NCBI GenBank assembly: GCA_905331295.1
Contig: CAJNYD010000552.1
Location: forward strand, 1-55,516
Direction: 5' to 3'
Length of the DNA: 55,516 bases
DNA from: Rotaria socialis
Lineage: Eukaryota
Of the stretch, positions 1 through 11,534 are shown in pieces (positions within the stretch are counted from its first letter, which is position 1; the number at the start of each line of letters is the position of its first letter). The notes under the pieces are model-generated. The model was not told the origin of the DNA. It saw only the letters and a program-made list of their open reading frames with translations, and searched no databases. The translations under genes were made by a program, and so were the position numbers.

Positions 1-172
1 TCGTATTTCTGCTAATTTTGACTGAAGTCAATATGCTAGCCTATACGTATTTTGTACCAAAATGATTAGCTTACTGAGCTCGACAAATCGTGTCAATTTC
101 AGCTAATCTGAAGAAAGTCGTCTATAGAGTGGTACGCTTTCCATGGTTTCACCCTTTATTTTTTTCAGACTG
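1..172. mobile_element. Right end of a probable Tc1/mariner-like element, truncated by the window start
   Basis: Ends CCCTTTATTTTTTTCAGACTG followed by TA, i.e. reverse complement TA|CAGTCTGAAAAAAAATAAAGGG, a Tc1-like terminus. The partner end is not in the window. Confidence 0.35.
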
Positions 173-590
173 TATACCCTCAGACATTAAATATATCTCA
201 ATTAAGATCCATAACAATACAAATAGTAGTAGCGAACCATTTTTTTATGACAATGGTCTGATTAGTTGATGCTTTATTGACTACTCTTGTGTGTAACCAT
301 GATCGTTACAAAACAATTTACGGTATCTTTCGTGTGCCTTCAGTTTCCATGCAATCATAGCCTCTCGTGTCAAGTGCATTTGGTTGTTTATGGTAAACAC
401 TTGAATGCGATAAGTTCGTATATCAACGCGATAATCTTATTCAAAACTCCGTTGGCTTATAAATTATCCGTCTCTGTTGCGCGCAAACATTTATCCTACG
501 CATGTGAATACATATAAAATACAACAAATCTATCACAAAGTTTATCGCATGTGAGACCACTATATTCTTGACATACACATACAATCTTCT

Positions 591-1045
591 ATGTTGACTC
601 TTTGGCACTCGTTTTCGGTTTGCATCGTCTTTCTGTGTAGGAAATCGAAAAAGAGAAGTTTTTATTTGTTAGTGAATGATATTCTCGCGACTATTGTAGT
701 TCTGGTGCAATCTGCCGATGGACTACGGTGCTATTCTTGCGTTAATTGCAATGATCCATTCGATTCAACCGGGGTTCAAACACCCGTAGGATCAGACAAT
801 GCGTATTGCGTGGTAAGTAAATCATGCATTTCTAACAACCAATTTGCTGAACTCTATTAAAATAGAAAACGAAAGTAGCATCGGTGGTAACCAGAAGCAT
901 CCTACCAATCTGCGTCTCACTCAATGCTAAAGAAAATGGTGTATGGTGTTGCCAGAAAGATCTGTGCAATAGTACCACGAAAACAAAGACAATGAGCTCG
1001 TTCTTTTTCAGCATGATAATGATTTCTGTTATGAAATTTTATTAA
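591..1045 (+). CDS. Ly6/uPAR (three-finger) family, probably GPI-anchored; exons 591-636, 700-812, 866-1045
   Basis: Spliced product: signal peptide MLTLWHSFSVCIVFLFLVQSADG, then LRCYSCVNC...YCVKT...CCQKDLCN (the Ly6 CCxxDxCN motif) and a hydrophobic C-terminal tail. GT-AG introns 637-699 and 813-865 preserve the frame. Confidence 0.85.
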
Positions 1046-1770
1046 ATTTGTATTAATTGTAATGAACATGTTTTTTTTACAAGAAATATTCGATTATCAA
1101 TAAAACTCTATGCATGCTAGATCTATTTTTAGAAAATACTAGAGCAAAGCGAAAGATTATTCTAGAAACTACTTATACATAGAGAGTTTTTCAATGAACG
1201 TGGCTACTTATAAGTGATAGTTTGTACGTCTTTGCATATATATGTTTGCATGTTTTGCTATGTTGACTGATGGTAGATTTAGATATATGTCAGCGTTTGG
1301 TTCGCAATATTCCTGTCCAACAAATATGTAATCACGTGTCACTATTCACGCATACAAATACTGAAACCTGATAACTTCAAGCATAGCAACTTGAGAGTTT
1401 CATATACTTAACTACGCCTGAAACTTTTATCAGTAACTAAGAAAATATCTATTACCGGGTGGGGCAAAAGTTTTGCGATATTTTTTCTCTTGCAAATATT
1501 CTGATACCCAAATAACACACGATTCTAAAGTTCTCATCGGTAGATACAGAATTCAATTCTCTACAAACTCATGTTAACTTTAATTTAAAACAATGAACCA
1601 AAAAATATTTATTGGTTAATGTAGCTATGTGACTCATCCAATAACAATTATTTCCTACTCAATCTTTTATATATCTCCAAGGTTCTTTTCAAATTCTAAG
1701 AATGCATCTAAGAAGCTCGATTTCTTGTAATCGGATTCCGCATCATAAGCATTTTCAGGAATGCCTATAA

Positions 1771-4028
1771 CCCAAGTCACTCCATCCTGCCTCCGGATTC
1801 AGTCGGGATTCGTCGGAACCGGCACCGGATAACAGCAGAATACGGCATGATTCCCACTCAAATCTGCCAGGATCCGGCAGGGATTTCGCTGGAATATTTG
1901 CTCCCGGAAACCCCGTTGGAATTCAAAGGAAAATGATCCGGTCGTTTCCTGTCGGATAATACAACCGAACATTGTCGCAACCGATCCACTCCGACTACCG
2001 GATGCTGCCAGTTTCACCACAAATTTGACCGGATTCGATCCAATTCCGATGACAAGGACCTCATAAAAAATCTCTCATACAAGCGTTCTTCAATCAAAAC
2101 GTGAATCAACTACAGTCTTCAGACACACGCACACCAACCGAAACCATAACGCCTGATCAATAACCACAACATAATCCAAACCTTCACCGCTCAAGCGGGT
2201 CCACAACAAACATTTTTCCCAACAGCAATCACCTTAAAAAAATTCTAACCCGAAACCAACAACATCTGACTCACCAATGCCCACACTTAGAATAATCCAA
2301 AACCAACCTACTACAAATCGTATTCATTCAACACAAAGCCAACCAGTTCACTGCGCCAACTTCTTGCATTTCACTTCTTGAAAACATCGCCCTGACATCA
2401 TTTTGCACCTATCGAAATCATTGAAAATTAATAGAAAATGCATCTGAATGTCAGTCTGGATCATCACCACTAACTTTGTCACCAATTATTATAATTTTAA
2501 ACATCATTGAAGGGTAATAATTGGGCAGATTAATTCATAGAAAATCGCTCCACGCATCATTTTGCGCACATCGAAATCATTGATAATTAATAGAAAATGC
2601 ATATGAATGTAATTCAGGATCTTCACCACTTACGTTTCATCGAGTGATTAATTTCAAAACCTATAAAATGGACCTTGTGTTCAGAAAACAATTTAAAGAA
2701 AATCGCTCCAGGTATCATTTTGCAAAAAAATCAAAAAATTGTAACAGCCGTACAGAATCGTTCGGATAATCCTTCTCGATGGTTTCAGCGTGCCTGTTCC
2801 TCGTGAAAAACGATTCTAAGCATGTTTCATTACGGATGCAACCACACTTTTCGTGGCCGAAAATGCTTCCGCACCTCAACCTGGCCTATCGAAAAACTCA
2901 CTAAGACTTTGAGAATCGTTCAGATAACCATTTTAGATCATTCCACCGTGCCTTTTCCTCGTGAAAAACGATTCTAAGCATCTTTCGTTCGGGATCCAAC
3001 CACACTTACTTTTGAGGAAAGCCAGTCCGCTGCCACCTTTTACCGGTCGAAAAATTCAGGAAGTATTGCAGAATGGTTCTGACTATCATTTTGGACTGTA
3101 GCTAGAGACGTGTTCCCTGGTTAATTCGATTCTGAGTGACATTCGATGCCGAAATATTGTTATAGGACCTAATTCATATTTTGTGTAATCGATATCATAG
3201 TGTCTCCAAGTGGGTTTGTTGGTAATTCGAGAGGGTACTTGCGGTAGCGCCAGACGAAGCAATCACTTTTGTTCGGCGTTTTAAATGATGTCGAATCGTA
3301 TCGACGGGTAACATAGTATGGATATGTAACAAGTTTATCTCGCCCTGGTAATCATAAATGGCTCTGGATTTCGTGTTAGACCAGGAGATGGTCGTCGAAT
3401 CAAGTTATATTGGTAGGAGTTATGATTGACGACTTGAGTGAACATCATTCGGGGCGATAACTTCGCTCAGGATAAATAAATACGTGATCATTTTGCTGAT
3501 TTTTATTGTTTTTTCGTAAAAACTGTATTGGATCGACTATAATTTTCAATTCATGGGAATCACCGTTTGTGTGAGTTGTTAAGTGTCAGTTTGAATGAAT
3601 CGCAAGGTGTTCCTTTAGTATTCGTTAATTACATACTGACGGTTTCGGCCGGATCTGTGTTGTAGTAAGTGGCTTAATCCGGTTAGTAGGACCGTTCCGT
3701 TCTGATATGATCCGATTGGTTCCGGTGATACTGATTAAGCCGGATCTACCATGAAATCGAGCGTCATGCGGCACGGCGGATTCCGGTAAAGTTTCGTTGC
3801 CGGATATTGTCGGATCACGTCGTATACGGCCCAATCGTATCATCTAACCTGATCTTTTCCGGCAATATAAATCTGACCGGTTCTCGAAGAATCCGGCAAC
3901 CAGATTTCATAAGAAAACAAGGAAAAGCATCGGAATTCGCCAGAAATTAACCGACCGAATCCGGTCACCATGTGACATCGGAATTATAACCCGCTCGACA
4001 AGAACCGACTGATCGATAATGACCTGGG
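1771..4028. mobile_element. Nested non-autonomous element with CCC...GGG termini (CMC/EnSpm-like)
   Basis: Ends CCCAAGTCA and TGACCTGGG form a short imperfect TIR, with AA on both flanks (2-bp TSD). Both arms have GC-rich subterminal CCGG/CGGA/TCCG repeats. Confidence 0.7.
2381..3150 (+). repeat. Two diverged ~158-bp tandem repeat sets inside the nested element
   Basis: Anchor (C/T)ATCATTTTGC at 2396, 2555 and 2713; anchor GAAT(C/G)GTTC at 2755, 2913 and 3071. Confidence 0.85.
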
Positions 4029-5025
4029 AAGTGGTTGAGAATAATCTATATGGGTATAAAAAAAAGTCACATGAACGAACATCTACGGCACAAATAGCTT
4101 TTTTCATAGGATTTAAATCTCTTTTAGCTGATCCACTTAAATAAAGTCTTATCTGAGCGTCTCATAACCAAAAAAATCAATTCTCTATTAAATTCTGATA
4201 GAATTAGGTCGATTTAATGATGAGTGCAATTTAAAAAAGCTTTCATTGCGAAAGCATTAGCTTTGAGGATGAAAATGTCACTTTTCAAAAAATTTTCCTA
4301 GTGTCTAATCAGAGGAATGCGTTTTAGAAAACATTATATTGTTTGCAATCGATAGAGCTTTTCGAGTTGTGCCTAGCAGTGATTTATACTTTGAAAATTA
4401 AATATTTCTTAGCAGAAAAAAAAACATGACGAAAAAATGCGTGGGAAATAGATGTAATTTACTGGGCCAAATACATTAACCAATAAATGTTTTTTGGTTC
4501 ATTGTTTTAAATTAAAGTTAACATGAGGTTGTAGAGAATTGAATTTTGTATCTGCTGATGAGAACTTTAGAATCGTGTGTTATTTGCGTATCAGAATATT
4601 TGCAAGAGAAAAAATGTCGCAAAACTTTTGTCCCACCCGGTAGTATGCATGAGTGTGACTCTATGAAAGCCTATATTACACTCGAAGTTAAATTCTCCTT
4701 TATTCAAACTTCATATGTTCATATATAAAAATATTTCGATACTGACTTTGCGTTAAGTATAACTAGAAATTGAATAAGGCGAACTTTATCTCAAATTTAA
4801 CTCGCTTGGGAAACTCAACATCAAAATGTATGACCTCCAGAAATGAAATATTTATTAACTTAATGTGCCGTACTATAACTCATAGATAGTGATAGTTTTT
4901 TAAAACTCTTTGTTCATTTAAGTCTCAAAGATTTTAAAGTGTGAGATTGTGCGACATTTAATGCAAAATAAAAAATTGACATCAGTTGCTCGCCAATCAA
5001 TTTTCAACACCTTACTGACTACGTG

Positions 5026-5456
5026 CCCAAGTAAGCAAAAAATGAAGGAAGACTGCCGCCAAGTCTAGTCTGAAACGTCTTACATACCCGTCTTGTCTAG
5101 TCAGCTTAATGAGGAGTGTCTTACAAACACGTCTGTACTAGTCTGAAATGTCCTTGAGCCCAGTCATATCTAGTCCGTGTTGTCTGTTAACCTAGTCCAG
5201 ACTAGTAAGAAGATTAAAAACAGAGGTTACACGGTGGATTTGAACATCCAGCCCGACAGTGTTCGAGATATGACGGGCATCCTGATGGGAGGCTAGGATA
5301 CTGAAATAGACTGCCGTAAGTATATATAGTCTAAACTTATATATTGACTCCCATCCATGCATAGAAAATGAGAAACAAACCGACATAAACGGTATTGACT
5401 AGTCTAAAGCATCTTTTAGACACCTCATGACTAGTCCGTTTTTAAGAAGTGCTTAT
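5026..5456. mobile_element. CCCA-terminated MITE/TE fragment with CTAGTC/GACTAG subterminal repeats
   Basis: Starts CCCAAGTAAGCA, contains many CTAGTC/GACTAG motifs, and has a degenerate right end (TGCTTATTTT). It begins exactly where the paralogy with 10870-11315 stops. Confidence 0.6.
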
Positions 5457-6049
5457 TTTACTCAATGCTTATCGAATTTTTTCTAGCTAGAAGGACAATT
5501 AGAGTCTGTTGTAATCAATAGTGCATTCGAAAAGATTTAATATATTGCGTGCATCCCTATCTTGATATATTTTATTTTATTTTGCATTAGCATATGCTAA
5601 AAGTTTAAGAGTGTATCAAAACATAAAAAAGTAGGGTTTAGTACTAACAACAAAATTCATCTCGTATCTAGGAGTGCTAATTTATATATATTTTTTTCAA
5701 AATGTGAGATGTACTAAATCTAAAAAAAGTGAGAAGCATCTAAATCTTTTCATATGATACTATTATGTTAGTTTATTTTAAATATCAATTCTAATAATTT
5801 AAAATAAACCAAAAATAATTTAATTATTAGATGAATATGCGGTGATTTAAATTTAAAACTAACCTAAAAAATAATATAAAAAAAATTAGTTTCTTCCCGG
5901 TATAAATTATTTTTATTTTTATACTCAAATTAATGTTTTTAAAACCCAACTAATTAATCGCACTTGCTTATAAATCAAAATATATTTATCGAAAAAATTA
6001 TAAAATCTTCTTAATTTATTTTTATTTAATGTTATCCAAAGTAATTGCG

Positions 6050-6790
6050 TTTCAGTCCCTAGTCAACTCTCCCCTCAACAATCCCCGGGGAGTCACGACA
6101 GGGAGTCCCTGGGGATTATTCAGGGAGTGAGTGTTTAAGTGACTTATGAATGCTTCATATATAGTAGTGCTTTATGGCGCATACGAAATTCTTTCTCTAT
6201 CTAACTATGATTGTTATATTAATATGATTGCATAAATATTTAGTTGAAATTCATAATTTCTTTTTCAATCTTTATTTTCGGTTAAAGAAAACGTCGGTAT
6301 TTCACAATTAAAAACAGTAAAAACAAAATAGTGTATTAACAAACATACAACATAATAGCAATACTTCGACTTATTTCAGAATTTCAATGCTCTGATAGTT
6401 TCGTTTCAAAATTTACTCGTCATATAAGTATTGCTGTTCATCCAATAGCTGTATTGCTCGATCATCTGAATCAGTTGTATCATTACAATCATTTTCATTT
6501 GAATCTGCATCAGTTGCTTTTGGTTTCATCACTTTCAGGTAACGAACATCTTTAATTAATTGAGTTCTCGCTTCTTTTAGTGATGGTCGTAAAGTGCTCA
6601 TCGCTTCATGAACTTTTAGCAAATTTAGTTTCGGGTATTGTTGCATGGGCCTTATTTAGTATCTTTCATAGGGCATCGTGAATTGCTCCAACCCCTTAAA
6701 TGCTTCTCATGTCGTTTGACTAAAATACTTTATCTCTTCATATTCAAATGATTTGTTGCCATTGAATAAACAAGAATGGATCTGAATTGA
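6050..6790 (-). pseudogene. TE-associated ORF relic (possibly a BEN-like accessory protein) next to GGGAG/CCCC subterminal-like repeats
   Basis: The 6413-6646 frame continues upstream through stops (FEYEEIKYFSQTT*EAF...RY*IRPMQQYPKLNLLKVHEAMSTLR) and ends in an acidic tail. GC-rich GGGAGTC/CCCCGGGG motifs lie at 6055-6130. Confidence 0.3.
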
Positions 6791-7529
6791 AATCTAGAAT
6801 GCTCAAATCTCCCTATTTTCAATTAGGTTTTCTGTAGAATAGTTTATTCAGCCGAACTGAACCTCTTTGTGTCAACTAGTCTTTTATGCATTGATTGTAA
6901 AATATTTCATAAGTGAAAGGCAAATATCACAGCTATACATTTCAACTTTTGACATTGTACTCATTAATCATCAGCCGTTTACTGTATACACAGTAAAATT
7001 CATACCATTGATTTATTATACTCAAAATAAAGCTCCATCAAGCTGTTTAACAAATAATAGTGCTCGCAAAAGACTTGAAAAAAAAAGATCACAGACAAAG
7101 CTTGGTCGCAACACGTCGACAAATTACATGAAGCATACACAATGAATTCCAAAAATACATAGAAGCAATCAAATATGTTATTCGAATTACAATGACTATT
7201 TACTTCAACGTCGTTGAGCCTATTCAAGCATTGTTATAAAAAAAGAAAGCCTTTCAGAAGAATAATTGTGTAAGATGAGAACAATAAAAAAAAACCTAAC
7301 AACTGTACTTATCATCGGCTATAACTCATGACCTGCTAGAAACTATTTCGATTGTTCCAGCCGAAAGCATTATCAATTTTTTGAAATAATATCAATGTTG
7401 CACGGGAATTTTTAAAAATACTGATTGATCATCGTATCTCTTTGATATCAACTGCAACAGTTTTGTCATACTACTTTTTTGTCGCCAAAGTAATGAAAAT
7501 TTTATTTTCTCACAAATACCAAATATCAC

Positions 7530-8327
7530 AGAATCTCGAAGTGGTCAATCAGAACGTTCAATGCCATTAAATTTACATCTTTGAACTTGCCTTTCAATAT
7601 TAGGATCATCACGAAAGAATCTATTTGGTATGCATTGCCCATTCGCACATCTATATTCATCATTTTCACAGTCGTTGATTTCAAGTTGCCAACAATTCTC
7701 CTCGTCACGTCAGCCATCAATACAATCAACTTTTCCGTCACAAATTTCACTCCAACCCAGGCATACCATAGTGGTACCAGGATTACAGTGAAGATGAATA
7801 TAACATGTCAATGTTTTCAATTCAGATTTTTGCATAAAAGAATGCTCGACGATTTCATTCAATGATAAATGATAAGATTCGTAGTCATTGAAGCTATATT
7901 GACACATCAGACCGAATTTTGACTCTGTACAATTGTAAAAGAGATGTGTAGCCATTGGTGTGATGTTTGAGATTGTAATATGTTGAATGTAGTATTCTTA
8001 ACGTTCAATCACATCCATCGATGCCGACCAAGTGTAAAGTTCCAAACTAGTTATGCCTTGCTGATAGAACATTTCAAAAGTAAAGATATGATCACGATTA
8101 TTTTTCTGTATATTCAAATTCGATAGCCATTCACTCAAACAATAGAACATAATCTGACGAGTATCATTTTTATTCTTAAGAGGAATATTAACGTATAAGC
8201 AATTGTGTTGTAATGGATGGTTACCATCGGCTTCATCAATCGAATCTGTTAGGTGAAGATTGATTTGAGGTAACTTGGTCACTGTATGTAAGATCATGAA
8301 ATTTGATAATATGCTGATCGACAACAT
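7530..8327 (-). pseudogene. Truncated pseudogene of a secreted/receptor protein with EGF-like and LDL-receptor class A repeats
   Basis: A single frame with in-frame stops: signal-like N-terminus, ...ELYTWSASMDVIER*...FYNCTESKFGLMCQY...CLGWSEICDGKVDCIDG*RDEENCWQLEINDCENDEYRCANGQCIP (LDLa consensus). The sequence then decays. Confidence 0.8.
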
Positions 8328-9713
8328 TGCCAATCTTTCGAATCGATACCAAGGAGTACAATCGCTTAATGCAAAGGCTTCATACTACTGCTACGATGCG
8401 TTTCTCTTCTATATAAATCTTTATATTTATTCAACATTTAACTATCTGAAAAAGGCTTTTCTTCTGTTAACAGACAGAATCGTTATTAAGCAAACTTGTT
8501 TTTTTTTACATCGCCTATATTAGGTTCATATAAATGCATCTAAAACGAGGCGTATAGTAAAGCAGCTCGCATACGACACTCGTCAGAAAATAAATATGGA
8601 ATACTTCACAGCTCTCTTCAACAGAATCGCATCATTCATTATAAAAATTCAGGTGCGAATGTCTTCTGTATTTGTTTTTCTCGTAAAGCCTGCGCACGCG
8701 TTCTATAGGAAGACATCAATCTTTAATTGATGTTATACTTGCTAATTGAAGCATTGAGAAAAGAGACGCAGATATCATAATACACGTATAACAAACATCA
8801 TTCATTTCATTTCTTTTCTCAATGATTAGATTACCATAAGCAAGAATAGATGTTGAACCATAAAAACTATTCACAGTAATTGTGCAAAGAAAAAGTTTAT
8901 CTCTTTCGAGAATGAACCGTCACTTCAGTGAAATTAACAAAATTTTAAGATAGATCAATATCTGTTGTTAATAGATCGAGGTTTGATGAACGCGAATTGC
9001 CACGTCATGTTCTCTAGATTGAAAAGATAGAGTCTAAAAATGTGAATTTATCGGAATCGGTCTGTGTGTAACATACATATCACGTGATTAACATGATACA
9101 AATGACACGCAGTTAAACTGTGGTACAAAGTACTACGTTCCGAGATATGGCGTAAAAGACGAGAATGATAGATGCAGAACGGCTTTGCTGCAATTCAAAG
9201 TCTTTTTGTAGAACGGTTATCTAAAAGCTTTTGTTATTCTTTTAATTTTATCATGGTTTTACTTTCTACCACTTTATTTATATCTAACTCACCACAGTTG
9301 TGTGCTCATTCAGTCTAGGACCAAGTGAATCGATTCTCGATGAGCATTACTTGTAGTTAACTGATATGAAATCCGATCGGAAAATACTCAATTAATATGA
9401 TATTTGTTTGAAAGCAATTTTTATTTTGTCAAACATTTTTATAGCGTATATTTTAGTATCATTTTAACTGATTTTATTCGTAAGTAATGTTTAGTGTTAT
9501 TTCTTTTTTGATAATCAGTATACGTGTATAATATAACTATGCATATATATATATATTTATGTTATTTTAATCAGTTGCTTTTCAGGTTTCAACGATATCT
9601 TCGTCTAAAAACATCCATATGCTTGTTACTAATAATCCGCGAATCACGATAATATTTTCAGATAATTTGATGGCGTAATGTTCTGTCATTCACTATTACA
9701 ATATCAGGAATTA

Positions 9714-9819
9714 TAAAAGAGGGGAAAGCGTGACTTCCGTACTTCCCTTGTACTCCCGTTATACTTCCACGTACTCCCATTGTACTTCGAAGTACGGAAG
9801 TCGCGCTTTTCTCTCCTTG
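9714..9819. mobile_element. Short hairpin MITE (P-like termini, degenerate)
   Basis: GGGGAAAGCGTGACTTCCGTACTTC pairs with GAAGTACGGAAGTCGCGCTTTTCTCTCCTTG. Internal GTACTYCC repeats. TSD degenerate. Confidence 0.65.
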
Positions 9820-10014
9820 AGAAATCTCGACCAGATTTCCAATTAAGACAATGTAAAACATTAATGTGGGTAAATTCTGGGATTCAGAAAAGAAGCATAG
9901 AAAAATACGAAATTGCGAGACAGTTTTCCTGTTAGAAACCTTTGTGGCTCCGAGTTTCACCATATTCTAGAAGTATCTCTCTGCTGGTATCGTGCTATCA
10001 TTATCGATCTGGGC

Positions 10015-10137
10015 CAAGGGGGAAACAGCGGACTTGAAGTACAAAAGTACGTCAAAGTAAACTACTTGAAGTAAGTCGAAGTAGCGTAAAGTAGCTCTAA
10101 GTCACTTCAAGTCCAAAAGTCGGTTGTTTCCCCCTTG
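10015..10137. mobile_element. 123-bp MITE with CAAGG termini and an 8-bp TSD (P-element-like)
   Basis: TIR CAAGGGGGAAACA / TGTTTCCCCCTTG. Flanks ATCTGGGC (10007-14) and ATTTGGGC (10138-45). Internal AAGTA repeats. Confidence 0.85.
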
Positions 10138-10361
10138 ATTTGGGCTCTATTATTAGCAGCAAGTTATCAGGAACGAGAAAGCTCACCGAGTTTTGAGCTT
10201 TTCCAAAGAGAAATCAAAGTTGACATGAGCTCGAAATAGTTTGTGGTGCTTACTTAATTATATTACCGAACAATGTTGATCAAAAATTTATTTTATCGTT
10301 GTTCAAAATATTGAGAGTTCTATCAAAATCGATGATGACTTCGTTACAATGCGGTTTGGTT

Positions 10362-10586
10362 TCCGGGTGGAACTTTTACTTTAAACTTTAACTTTAATAA
10401 AGGTAGTGTAAAAATGAGAAGTAATTTTTAGCTCTTTATGTACGGTTCTATATGGTTTTTACAGTGACTTTAAACTCTGTTTATTAAAGTTAAAGTTTTA
10501 AAGTGTTATACTTTAACTTTTACTCTTAAAGTTTAAAGTAGACTTTAAACTTTAATTTCTAAAGTAAAGTTAAAGTGTCACTCCTA
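10362..10586. mobile_element. hAT-like MITE with a perfect 8-bp TSD
   Basis: GTTTGGTT at 10354-61 and 10587-94. The right end reads TAGGAGTGACACTTTA on the reverse strand. The interior is built of ACTTTA/TAAAGT repeats. Confidence 0.8.
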
Positions 10587-10869
10587 GTTTGGTTCATGTG
10601 AATTTAACCAAATAGTGAATATATATGACTTACAATCGATAGAATATTTTAGATTTTAATATTATAGACACGGCTTACACAGATTTTTTTGTTCAATCAT
10701 TCTTTATCTATATCGATGATATACTTTCTATATTTGTCAGTAATATATTTAACTATTTATTACAAGAACACTATTCAGATAATGTTAAAACAGTACATAC
10801 ACAACACTAGAAGCAGAAAATCAAATATCATAACAATAAGCTGAATTTTCTCCATTGAATTTAATAAAG

Positions 10870-11315
10870 CTTGAGAATTTTACATACATAACTACGGTCG
10901 AAACTCATATCAGTAGCTAAGAAAATACCTCCTACTATGCACGCGTATAGCTTCATGAAAATTCACATTAAAACCAAAGTCAAATGCCCCTGTATTCATA
11001 TTTCATATGTTCCTGTAGACAAACATTTGGGCATAGAGTCTGCGTTAAATATAACTAGAAATTCAATAATGCGAACTTTATCTAATGTTTAATTCGCTTG
11101 AGAAACTCAACATCAAAACGTATGAGCTCCAGAAATTAAACTGTTCTTAATTTAATGCGCCTTATGATAACTGATTGATAATGATAATTTTTTAAATATT
11201 TTGTTCATTGGAATTTCAATGATTTTAAAGAGTAAGATTATACGACATTTATTGCAACAACAAAAATGACAACGGTTGCTCGCCAGCCAATTTTCAAAAA
11301 TTTAACGACTACGTG
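10870..11315 (+). repeat. Non-coding segment duplicated at ~1390-1454 plus 4641-5025 (upstream region of the 11535 gene)
   Basis: Colinear shared blocks, e.g. TGCGTTAA.TATAACTAGAAATT.AATAA.GCGAACTTTATCT, AAACTCAACATCAAAA.GTATGA.CTCCAGAAAT, GTTGCTCGCCA..CAATTTTCAA and GACTACGTG. Confidence 0.9.
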
Positions 11316-11534
11316 AGTTATGTGGTTTTTGTCTTGTCAGAGCCTACGTTGATAGTTTCAAACAGTAAATACGTCATAGATATCTTGCACAACATGACTG
11401 AAATCTCATTGTTTCTGAATCAAATTGATATAAAAGATTCTTGTGTAAATATTCATGTTATCATTTTATCTAACACGTTTATATAAACCAGCGTTTGAGA
11501 AGAATACATTGAAGAAGAGAATTTCACATGTAAG

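Larger units (their letters stand above)
1455..4640. mobile_element. Non-autonomous Tc1/mariner-type DNA transposon with ~170-bp TIRs and a TA target duplication
   Basis: 1455-1623 (CCGGGTGGGGCAAAAGTTTTGCGA...) is the near-identical reverse complement of ~4472-4640 (...TCGCAAAACTTTTGTCCCACCCGG). TA flanks at 1453-54 and 4641-42. A paralogous empty site exists near 10933. No transposase ORF. Confidence 0.92.

Noticed and set aside
2381..3150. Regularly spaced repeats as a possible CRISPR array
   Set aside because: Monomers are similar along their length with no unique spacers, there are no cas genes, and the context is a eukaryotic TE.
1799..4107. ORFs 1799-2020, 3625-3843 and 3907-4107
   Set aside because: They arise from GC-rich subterminal repeats of the nested element and contain no transposase motifs.
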